From: an uncultured Verrucomicrobiota bacterium | Lineage (GTDB): Bacteria; Verrucomicrobiota; Verrucomicrobiia; Limisphaerales; UBA1319 | DNA length: 64,000 nt | Direction of reading: 5' to 3' | Assembly (NCBI GenBank): GCA_903845125.1 | Contig: CAIMWS010000526.1 | Span: 429-64,428, forward strand | Part shown: in pieces, positions 27,566 through 35,386 of the stretch | How positions within the stretch are numbered: the stretch's first letter is position 1 | Layout of the letters: each line of letters starts with the position of its first letter | Position numbers and translations under genes: made by a program | The notes under the pieces: generated by a model | Told to the model about the DNA's origin: nothing | What the model saw: only the letters and a program-made list of their open reading frames with translations | Databases searched by the model: none

Positions 27566-29404
27566 TCATGGCTTGGTGATCTTTTCAGGCTCCCCGCTGG
27601 GGCCATGGCCCGCCCCGCCGGGACGCTGCGCAAACGCGGTCAAAGCGCCCACCAGGAACACCAGGGGATAGGCCTCCTCGTGATACCAAAGCGAGGCGAA
27701 GTAAAGGCCGATGGGGGCGGGCAGCAGGGCCGTTCCCAGGCGGGTCCGCTCCAGCAACCAGGCCAGGCCGCGCTCCGCCGCCTGGGCATACCGGGGACCG
27801 GCCAGGGCCAGGGCGCGGGTGGCCAGGGCCGTTTCCTCGACCGAAGCCGGCACGCCCTGGCTGCCGCCCCAGCCCCCGTCCTGGTTTTGCGCCGACTCCA
27901 GCCACTGGCATCCCTTGGCGATCAGGGGCGGGAGGGTGGCGAACTCCACCGGATCCAGCGCGCCCAGCGCCAGCACCACCTGGGCCGTGCCGTAAACCGG
28001 ATTGAGGTGGTCGGGCGCTGCCTGGTTGCCGAACCATAGCGGAACCCAGGCGCCTTCCGGAGCCTGGCTTTTGGCCAGGTAATCGAGGCCGCGCCTCAAG
28101 GCGGCTCCGATCCGCCGTTGCAGGCCGGCCCCGACCTCTTCCCGCCAGGCCACCCAAGCCCGCAGGGCATGGGCGGTGAGATCGGGGCAACTGCGGTCGA
28201 AAGGCAATTTGCCCCAGCCACGGCAGAAGGTCGGCAGGCCGCCGTCGCGGTTTTGCAGAGCCAGCAGCCACCGGATGCCGGCCACGGCCGCCCGCCGCGT
28301 GCCGGCCGGGGCGCCCAGTTTTTTCAAAGCCAGCAGGGCGCCGGAGGTGTCATCGGCGTCGGGAACCCCACCGGAAAGGTCCGTCCAGGCCCAGCCGCCG
28401 GGAGCGGCCCGGGTGAACGGATGTGGCCGCTGGTGCTGCTGGCCGAGCAGCCATTGGAGCACCGCCTGGCGCTGGGTGGAGGAGAGGCTTTGATCCACCT
28501 CCGCATCCAGGTTGTTGATGGCCAGGGTGGTGACCCAGGTGGCCAGATTGGTGTCGATCGGCCAGCTGCCATCGGGGCGGACCGAGGCCTCGAGGAACCG
28601 GACCCCATCCCGGGCGGCCGGGTGGCCGGCATGGCCGGCAGCCGCCAGCCCCAAGGCCACAAACGCGGTCAGGGGCGTCGCTTCCAGGAACCCGCCGGAA
28701 GCGGGCTGCATGCGCCGCAGGATTCCCAGGGCGCGCCGCCGCTGCCACTCCCGCAGCCAACCCAGGATGGACCAGCGGCGGCGGGCATGATGGTGGCGGA
28801 CCAGCCCGATGGCGATCAGCGCCGGGATGGCATAACTGACCACCGACAACCGCAGCCAGCGAAACAAGGCCCCGGGCAGCAGCGCCAGTTCAAAGGGCAA
28901 CTGGGGCACCCGCGCCCAGGCCTGGCCCGCCTCGCCCAGGCGGCCCGCCAGGGCGCACACGGTGAGGATGGGCGCGGAGAACGTACGATCCTGGCCATAA
29001 AACCGGAGGACCGCCGCCGCGATCGTGGCCGGGTCCAGCCCGCCCAGGCGCTGGCGCAGCCAATCCTCCGTCTTTTGAAGCACCGGCGCGAACCGGCCGG
29101 GCACGGCTTGGGATAACGCCGCCCACGCCAGCAGCGTGGTGCTCAGGTTGGCCGGGCTGGCAGGGGTGTCGCCCCACCCGCCACCGGGATTGAGGTGATC
29201 CGCCAGCCACTGGCAACCCTGGTCCACCAGCCGGGCGTGGTGCTGGCGATCGATCGTCCCCAAGGCCAGCACGGCGACGGCGGTCGAGAGCGCGCTGCTC
29301 GCCAGCCGCCCCTCCCAACACCCCGCGGGATTGAAGGTGGCCAGGAGCTTTTGCCGGGCATTGGCCAGCGCCTGGTGGGCTTGTGGGTGGAGCGACCGGC
29401 TCAT
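27566..29404 (-). CDS. class II terpene cyclase, squalene-hopene-cyclase-like (612 aa)
   Basis: GGWAWTDLSGGVPDADDTSGALLAL carries a DxDD(T) protonation motif (D-A-D-D at 28349..28360). QW-like repeats: LQNRDGGL, AQNQDGGWGG, VRPDGSWP, LNPGGGWG. The start is trimmed to ATG 29404, 7 nt after the upstream stop. The 794-aa ORF extension overlaps gene 29412..30362 in another frame. Confidence 0.8.
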   Translation of the reverse strand: MSRSLHPQAHQALANARQKLLATFNPAGCWEGRLASSALSTAVAVLALGTIDRQHHARLVDQGCQWLADHLNPGGGWGDTPASPANLSTTLLAWAALSQAVPGRFAPVLQKTEDWLRQRLGGLDPATIAAAVLRFYGQDRTFSAPILTVCALAGRLGEAGQAWARVPQLPFELALLPGALFRWLRLSVVSYAIPALIAIGLVRHHHARRRWSILGWLREWQRRRALGILRRMQPASGGFLEATPLTAFVALGLAAAGHAGHPAARDGVRFLEASVRPDGSWPIDTNLATWVTTLAINNLDAEVDQSLSSTQRQAVLQWLLGQQHQRPHPFTRAAPGGWAWTDLSGGVPDADDTSGALLALKKLGAPAGTRRAAVAGIRWLLALQNRDGGLPTFCRGWGKLPFDRSCPDLTAHALRAWVAWREEVGAGLQRRIGAALRRGLDYLAKSQAPEGAWVPLWFGNQAAPDHLNPVYGTAQVVLALGALDPVEFATLPPLIAKGCQWLESAQNQDGGWGGSQGVPASVEETALATRALALAGPRYAQAAERGLAWLLERTRLGTALLPAPIGLYFASLWYHEEAYPLVFLVGALTAFAQRPGGAGHGPSGEPEKITKP

Positions 29405-29411
29405 GCGCGGG

Positions 29412-30362
29412 TCAGGCCAGCAGGTGCCCCAGGGCCAGCAGCCCGTAAAAGGTGTATTCGCTGTCCACCTCGTGGTCGGCCAGGTGGCCGCCAAAGCCGC
29501 CCCCCTCCGCCCAGAGCGATTCCACGAATTCCAGGCAGGCCTGGCGGCCCTCCGCCAGCGGCTGTCCCATGGCCGCCAAAGCGTGCAGGGCGGTGGCCGT
29601 GGAGAGGAGGTCCGGCATGGGGGTTCCCGCCGCCGCCAGGAATCCGCCGCAGGGATGCAGCCGGTCCCGCAAGAATCCGGCGGCGGCCGCGGGCACCGGG
29701 CATCCCAGGCGGGACCACAGCACCAGACCGGCGGCGGCCACCGGCGTGGCGCCGGCCCACACTTCGGATCCGGCCGGGGAGTGGCCTCCCCCAGCCGCCA
29801 ACTGGCCCGCCCAGCGCTGGAAATCCCCAAGCCGGGGCATCGCCAAGCCCGATTCCTCGTAGGCCAGCAGCGCCAGGAATCCGTCGTAGATGGATCCGCT
29901 GCGCGCCGGGGGGGCAGCCGGAGCGCCCGCGCCCACCGCGCTCCGCTCATAACCGCCGTCCGGGCAGCGGAATTGTTCCAAACCGTGGAAGACCTGCTGG
30001 TTCACCGCCGTCTCCCCACGGGTTTCCGGCAGCAAGCCCCGGCAGCGGGCCAGGCAGATCCGGTGGACGAAATCCAACCCCGCGCCCGTGGCGAATCCGC
30101 GCAGGTATCCGGCCGTGAGCGGTGCGGCGGGCAGGCCCAAGCCCTGGCAGCAGGCCAGCTGGAACACCGAATAATAGAGATCGGCCGCCCCCCCCCGCCC
30201 CCGGGCAGCTCCCTCCGGAAGCCATTGGCGCCGGAGAAAATCGGCCAACTGGCCGCGCAGGGCGGGATCCAGGCTCCCGGCCGCCCGGTGGATGACGGCC
30301 AGCATTTCCTGGCTGATGGTCTGGCTCACCGTTGGGGGGACTGGCGCGCTGTCAGCCGGCAT
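29412..30362 (-). CDS. prenyltransferase / terpene-cyclase alpha-alpha-toroid repeat protein (no DxDD motif)
   Basis: Repeats of the prenyltransferase beta-subunit type: CPDGGYE, HPCGGFLAA, AEGGGFGGHLADHEVDSEYTFYGLLALGHL. ATG at 30362 overlaps the last 11 nt of the upstream gene. Confidence 0.7.
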   Translation of the reverse strand: MPADSAPVPPTVSQTISQEMLAVIHRAAGSLDPALRGQLADFLRRQWLPEGAARGRGGAADLYYSVFQLACCQGLGLPAAPLTAGYLRGFATGAGLDFVHRICLARCRGLLPETRGETAVNQQVFHGLEQFRCPDGGYERSAVGAGAPAAPPARSGSIYDGFLALLAYEESGLAMPRLGDFQRWAGQLAAGGGHSPAGSEVWAGATPVAAAGLVLWSRLGCPVPAAAAGFLRDRLHPCGGFLAAAGTPMPDLLSTATALHALAAMGQPLAEGRQACLEFVESLWAEGGGFGGHLADHEVDSEYTFYGLLALGHLLA

Positions 30363-32052
30363 CGACAATCCTTCCGACCAGCCGCCGCAGCAGGCCTTTG
30401 AGCTGCGCGTTGCGCAGGGGGCTGAGGGAACGGATGGCCTCGTTTTTGTAATGCTCCAGCAGCTGCTGGGCCTTTTCCTCCACGCGCTGGGCGGCCATCG
30501 CGGACCGGATCAAGGCGGGCAGCTGGCGATCCCGGGCCGCGGATTTCCAGGCCTCCACCATGGCGGCCTGCATATCCCCGGCGGCATTTTCGTAGGCCAG
30601 GGCCTGCAGGATGGAAGGCTGCAGCGCGGGCAGGCCGGTGGCCTGGGTGTTCAGGTCATCGAGGTCGTCGCGGATCTGAAAGGCGATCCCCAGGGATTCG
30701 CTGAAGGTCTTGAGCACCGGGTGCACCTCGCTCCCGGCCTGGCCGCAGAGGGCGCCGATCCGCAGGGCCACCTCGAAGGCCGGTGCGGTTTTCCGCCGGA
30801 ACAGCTCGAGCACCTTGCGGGGGGAGAGGGCCCCGGGGTCGCGCATCCAGCACAACTCCTCGCCCTGGCCCAGGCAAAGGTTGTGGTGGGCCTCCGCCAC
30901 CACCGCCAGCATGTCCGCCACCTGGGCCGGAGGCGCGCCGCTGGCGGCCACCAGCCGGTATCCTTCACCCAGCAGGAAATCGCCGATGTTCACCGCGATG
31001 GGGATGCCGTGGCTCTGGTGAACCGTCGGGCTGCCGTAGCGGAAGCTGTCCTCGTCCTCGATGTCGTCGTGGACCAGCGAAGCTTTGTGGAAGCATTCCA
31101 TGGCCACCGCCAGTTTCCGCACGGAATCCGGCAGGGGGCCCTCTTCCAGGCCGGTCACCGCCCGGTAAACGCAGGCCGCCAGCACCGGCCGCCAGCGCTT
31201 GCCCGCTCCGGAGAGCCAGCCCAGCGCGATTTCCCCGGTCTGGGTGTTTTCCAGGGCCAGGATGGCGCGCAGCGCCTCCGGCTGGAACCACGTCTCCACC
31301 TCCAGCTTGAGCCGGTCGATATCCACCCGGCCCAGCCAGGAGGCGTTGGATTTCAGCTGGATCGCCTCCACCACCCAATCCAGGTCCACCGCGGTGTTCT
31401 CGCAGCCGTCCCGCACCAGCGGCAGGGCCAGGCCCGGGATGGCGTGGGCCGCCATGTGCGGAAAGGCGCGCTCCAGCACCGGGAGGCAGCTGACGCCGAT
31501 CACGGCATCCACCGTGCCCTGCTCGAGCAGCCGGGTGACCACCGTGGTGCCCTCCGCCACCAGCACCACGTAGCCGAGCTGCTCGGCCCGGGCCTGGATG
31601 CCGCCGGTCGGACATTGCCCGCACTGTTCGCAAAGCAGCCCGAGTTTGTCCATGGGGGCCGGGCAGGTTTTTTTGTCGCGCAGGCATTGGGGCAGCATCA
31701 ATACCCGGCGGTCGTACGGGATGCCCGCCATGGTGTCCCACCACACCGCGTTGGCGGTGAGGACCGTGATGAAATCGCGGTAGTCCGCGCGAAAGCCGGT
31801 GGCTGCCAGGATCGCATCCGCATGCCCCCGCAGCTCTTCGATGGAGAGGGGGGGCACCAGCTCCCGCTGCACCACATATTGGCGCACCGCCGTCCGGACG
31901 GCCTCCCGCTCCGCCTTCTGCGGGGGGACCTTGATCCCCTGGCCGGCGGAGCTGGCGTGCCCATGCACCGAGGGATCGGCCAGGGCGTGGGCGAGGCTGC
32001 TCCGGGCGGCAGCGGGCTGGAATTCGGGTTTCATGCGGTTCAGTGTTGCCAA
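30352..32052 (-). CDS. fusion of a Cys-rich DUF116-like domain with a trans-polyprenyl diphosphate synthase
   Basis: The C-terminal half has both Asp-rich motifs: DDIED at 31054..31068 and DDLDD at 30655..30669. The N-terminal half (RRVLMLPQCLRDKKTCPAP..LCEQCGQCP..VLVAEGTTVV..VIGVSCLP..DGCENT) resembles DUF116. Start is TTG 32052 or ATG 32034. Confidence 0.8.
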   Translation of the reverse strand: MATLNRMKPEFQPAAARSSLAHALADPSVHGHASSAGQGIKVPPQKAEREAVRTAVRQYVVQRELVPPLSIEELRGHADAILAATGFRADYRDFITVLTANAVWWDTMAGIPYDRRVLMLPQCLRDKKTCPAPMDKLGLLCEQCGQCPTGGIQARAEQLGYVVLVAEGTTVVTRLLEQGTVDAVIGVSCLPVLERAFPHMAAHAIPGLALPLVRDGCENTAVDLDWVVEAIQLKSNASWLGRVDIDRLKLEVETWFQPEALRAILALENTQTGEIALGWLSGAGKRWRPVLAACVYRAVTGLEEGPLPDSVRKLAVAMECFHKASLVHDDIEDEDSFRYGSPTVHQSHGIPIAVNIGDFLLGEGYRLVAASGAPPAQVADMLAVVAEAHHNLCLGQGEELCWMRDPGALSPRKVLELFRRKTAPAFEVALRIGALCGQAGSEVHPVLKTFSESLGIAFQIRDDLDDLNTQATGLPALQPSILQALAYENAAGDMQAAMVEAWKSAARDRQLPALIRSAMAAQRVEEKAQQLLEHYKNEAIRSLSPLRNAQLKGLLRRLVGRIVDAG

Positions 32053-32062
32053 TGCCGGCGCC

Positions 32063-33256
32063 TCAACCGTAAGCCCCGAAGCCGAAAAACCAATGTTTTT
32101 TGGCGAAGCGGTAAACCCAGCTGCGCTCGGGTATTTCCTGGCCGGGCACGTGGTGGCTGGGCCGCGGCCGCAGGGCGGCCAGCTCGGCGAGGCCCGTGTT
32201 CCGGCCGGTCGTATCCGCGGCGCCCTCCCGCTCCAGGAACTGGCGGAGTTCCGCGGGGTGGTCCATGATCACACAGCCGCGGGTGGTGCGGGCGGAGAAT
32301 TCCCGGAACCGGGCGAGGTATTCTGAATGGGATATTTTTTCCACCAACCCGCGGCCATCCCCAATGTTTTCCTTCGCGAATTGAATGACCGGGCACGGCT
32401 CGATATCCCCGCCCGGGCCGATGTGGTGGCTGATGCCGGTGGCCGCGGGGCAGAGCGCCCGGCCCGCGTGGTCCCAGTAGGCATCCACCAGGATCAGGGG
32501 CGCGTGGCACCGGGTGTCCACCATGAACCGCCGCAACTGGAGGATCTCCGCCGTCTCCAGCGCCAACTCCGGGGCGGGGGTGGCCCCCACCGGCCGGTAA
32601 ATATAATACCACAGGTAATGCGCGCCCCGCCGCACCAGGTCATTCACAAAATCCTGGCTGGCGAGATCGGCAAAATTGGAGCGGCAGACGCTGGTGGCCA
32701 CGCCGATGAACAATCCCTGGCGGCGGCAGTGCTCCAGCCCTTCCATGGCCCGTCGGTAAACCTCGCGGCCGCCCCGGCGTTCGTCGCTCACCCGCTCCCG
32801 GCCCTCGATGCTGATCAAAGGGGTTACGTTGCCCAGCCGGCGCATTTCGCGGGCATGGTCTTCGGTTAGGAGGGTGCCGTTGGTGAACACCTGGAAATAG
32901 CAGTCCGGGTGCCGGCCGATCACCTCGAACAACCCTGCGTGCAGCAGCGGTTCGCCGCCGAGGATCCCGAAAAAGGAGGCCCCCATCTGTTGACACTCGA
33001 CGATGGTCTGCTCCAGCGTGGCGCTGTCCAGGGCACGGGCGGGCCGGTCCACGCTCACCCAGCAGCCCTGGCAACGCAGGTTGCAGGCGCTGGTCACGGA
33101 GAGAAACACGAACGCCGGGAAGGGGCGGCCTTGCTTGAGCCGCCGGTTGAAGGCGCCGATGGCCCGCATGCCTTTCCAGCCGCAATTCCACGCCAGCTTG
33201 GCCAGCAGGCGGGTATCACACTCCTTCAGCAGCCGGTAAGTTAATCGGGCCAGCAT
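32063..33256 (-). CDS. radical SAM enzyme (no B12-binding or SPASM domain evident)
   Basis: CNLRCQGC (CxxxCxxC) at 33062..33085, followed by GGEPLLH and a TIM-barrel-like core. ATG at 33256 is preceded by GAGGA. Confidence 0.85.
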   Translation of the reverse strand: MLARLTYRLLKECDTRLLAKLAWNCGWKGMRAIGAFNRRLKQGRPFPAFVFLSVTSACNLRCQGCWVSVDRPARALDSATLEQTIVECQQMGASFFGILGGEPLLHAGLFEVIGRHPDCYFQVFTNGTLLTEDHAREMRRLGNVTPLISIEGRERVSDERRGGREVYRRAMEGLEHCRRQGLFIGVATSVCRSNFADLASQDFVNDLVRRGAHYLWYYIYRPVGATPAPELALETAEILQLRRFMVDTRCHAPLILVDAYWDHAGRALCPAATGISHHIGPGGDIEPCPVIQFAKENIGDGRGLVEKISHSEYLARFREFSARTTRGCVIMDHPAELRQFLEREGAADTTGRNTGLAELAALRPRPSHHVPGQEIPERSWVYRFAKKHWFFGFGAYG

Positions 33257-33260
33257 GATT

Positions 33261-33265
33261 TCCTC
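33261..33265 (-). promoter_or_regulatory. Shine-Dalgarno-like GAGGA for the radical SAM gene
   Basis: The minus strand reads TGA GAGGAAATC ATG between the ferredoxin stop (33266..33268) and the radical SAM start (33256). Confidence 0.45.
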
Positions 33266-33997
33266 TCAACTTTCATCCACGACCGGGTCTTTGACAAGCC
33301 GGGTCCGCGACTGCTTCCGGCGCGCGGCCAAGGCCGCATAGGCATCGGTCCCCAGCACCTCCGCCAGGTTGATCTTCACGCGGCCCTTCTCCACGCTCTG
33401 TTCATCCACCGGCGATCCATCCACCGGGGCCTGATTGAACTTCGGGAACATGATGGCCGCCTCGGGGCAGACCCGGGCGCAGGCGGGGCAGTTGTTTTTG
33501 CAGCTTTGGGGATCCGCCACGGTGATCCAGCCCCGCTCATCTCTTGCGTAAACGCCAAACAGGCAAAAGCTCAAGCATTGCCGGCAGTTGTTGCACCGGT
33601 CGAAGTCAATCACCGGGAACCATGGCGCCCAGCTTTCCGGGGGCGCTGGCGAAGGGGTGCCCGGGCCGGGGCTGGGCGGTTCCGCCACCGGCGGCACGGA
33701 GGCCGGGGCGATTCCTTCCCGCATTTCCCCTCCGGCAGCCAGGGCCACGAGGCGGGCGGCCACCGTGTCCGCTGATTCCACGCGCAGGTTGGAGCAATCC
33801 ACGCCGGCCGCCCATGTGTGCCCCGCGGCGTGGAGCAGCCATTTCACCGCCCGCGGATGACAGGCCACGATCCGCAGGGGGTTGCCGGCCAGCATTTCGC
33901 GCAATGCCGGGCTTCTCCGGCCCACCAAGCCGCACAGGTCCGGCACCGCCAGGTGGGGAATCCGCGCTTGTTCCAGCGCGGCCAGAACCTGGCCCAC
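33266..33997 (-). CDS. 4Fe-4S dicluster ferredoxin-domain protein (N-terminus uncertain)
   Basis: CNNCRQCLSFC and CKNNCPACARVCP lie at 33467..33595. The annotated start is GTG 33997. In-frame sequence upstream (GPTILLCRCSDREPAFSAA) still looks coding; see the findings. Confidence 0.7.
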   Translation of the reverse strand: MGQVLAALEQARIPHLAVPDLCGLVGRRSPALREMLAGNPLRIVACHPRAVKWLLHAAGHTWAAGVDCSNLRVESADTVAARLVALAAGGEMREGIAPASVPPVAEPPSPGPGTPSPAPPESWAPWFPVIDFDRCNNCRQCLSFCLFGVYARDERGWITVADPQSCKNNCPACARVCPEAAIMFPKFNQAPVDGSPVDEQSVEKGRVKINLAEVLGTDAYAALAARRKQSRTRLVKDPVVDES

Positions 33998-34527
33998 CGC
34001 CGCGGAAAAAGCCGGCTCCCGATCCGAGCATCGGCAGAGCAGGATCGTCGGGCCTCACGTTTCACAATATTCTCCGTGGCGGACATGGTCATCAATTCCA
34101 GCACATGAATTAAACCCAGGCTTCGGCAAGCGTCAAATAGGAATCCAGCGGGGCACCGGCCGGGAATGAGGCCCGCCCCCAGCCAGTCTGCGGCGCCCCC
34201 GGCAGATCCCGGGAACCGGCCACGGCCAAACTGAAAATGCATAACGAACAACCCCGAGCGCCGGACGGCCCGGAACTCAAGCCAGCCGCCGGGCGCCGCC
34301 AATCCCGGGCCGTTTATTACCCGCGGGGCGCGGCAGGCGGATTGGCGCCCCCGATGGGTTGGCCGATGGATTTGCCTTGTTTAGTCTTCCTAAAACAGGG
34401 AGCATGATGCCCAAGCAGTGGTGATTATCGAGCATTATGATCGCCAAGGGTCCGGCGCAGCGGCGGCAGGCTTGGCCAGCCCCTCAGCGCCGGCCACCGG
34501 AGTTTAAACTGGCAGTTGAATACCTAT

Positions 34528-35364
34528 ATGAACCTGAAACTCTATACGAACCGCCTGGCGGTTTGCAGCTGGTCGCTGCAGCCCAAATCCCCGGACGACC
34601 TGGCCGACCAACTGGACGCCATCGGCATCCACCGCGTGCAACTGGCCCTGGACCCGATCCGCGAAAACCCGGCCACCTGGGGCGCCTGCTTTGAGGTGCT
34701 GAAAAAACGGGGGGTGGAAACGGCCTCCGGGATGATGACCTGCGTGGGCGAGGATTATTCCACCCTGGAATCCATCCGCCTCACCGGCGGGCTGACGCCG
34801 GACCATACGTGGGAGCAAAACCTGAAGAATTTCACCGAGAACGCGGATCTCATGCGGAAAAACGGGCTGGCCATGACCATGTTCCACGCCGGCTTCCTGC
34901 CCCACGAGGAGCGCGATCCCAATTTCGCCAAAATGCTCCACCGCCTGGAGACGGTGGCGGACGTGTTCGCCGTGCGGGGCCTGAACCTGATCCTGGAAAC
35001 CGGCCAGGAATCCGGACCGGCGCTGCTGGCCTTCCTGAAACATCTGAACCGGCCCAACGTGGCCGCCAATTTCGACCCGGCCAACATGATCCTTTACAAC
35101 AACGGCAACCCCATCGACACCTTGCGGATCCTCGGCCAATACGTCCGCAACGTCCACATCAAGGACGCCAACGTGACGAAGGTTCCGGGCACCTGGGGGG
35201 AGGAAGTGGTGACCGGCACCGGCCAGGTGGAGTGGCCGCGGTTCTTCGCGGCGCTCAACGAAATCGGCTTCAGCGGCGATCTGTGCATCGAACGCGAAGC
35301 GGGGAACCAGCGCGTGGCGGATATCCGGGCGGCCCGTGCCTATCTCACCAAACTACTGGCCTGA
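34528..35364 (+). CDS. sugar phosphate isomerase/epimerase (xylose-isomerase-like TIM barrel)
   Basis: Family-typical pattern: LILETGQESG, NVAANFDPANMILY, VHIKDA, LCIERE. ATG at 34528 is preferred over TTG at 34516. Confidence 0.8.
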   Translation: MNLKLYTNRLAVCSWSLQPKSPDDLADQLDAIGIHRVQLALDPIRENPATWGACFEVLKKRGVETASGMMTCVGEDYSTLESIRLTGGLTPDHTWEQNLKNFTENADLMRKNGLAMTMFHAGFLPHEERDPNFAKMLHRLETVADVFAVRGLNLILETGQESGPALLAFLKHLNRPNVAANFDPANMILYNNGNPIDTLRILGQYVRNVHIKDANVTKVPGTWGEEVVTGTGQVEWPRFFAALNEIGFSGDLCIEREAGNQRVADIRAARAYLTKLLA

Positions 35365-35386
35365 ACCAAACCTGATTCAATATCCA

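Noticed and set aside
29405-29950. 182-codon N-terminal extension of the SHC-like ORF (the track gives 27566..29950).
   Set aside because: The extension is Arg/Trp/Pro/Cys-rich nonsense and overlaps gene 29412..30362 in another frame. ATG at 29404, 7 nt after that gene's stop, yields a sensible N-terminus (MSRSLHPQAHQALANARQKLL).
30292-32268. 658-aa plus-strand ORF spanning the polyprenyl synthase and the radical SAM 3-prime end. Related plus-strand ORFs occur at 28118..29116, 29195..30118 and 29331..30401.
   Set aside because: They are shadow ORFs opposite the isoprenoid operon. Their composition is dominated by G, R, P and A, whereas the minus-strand products carry DDxxD, CxxxCxxC and DxDD motifs.
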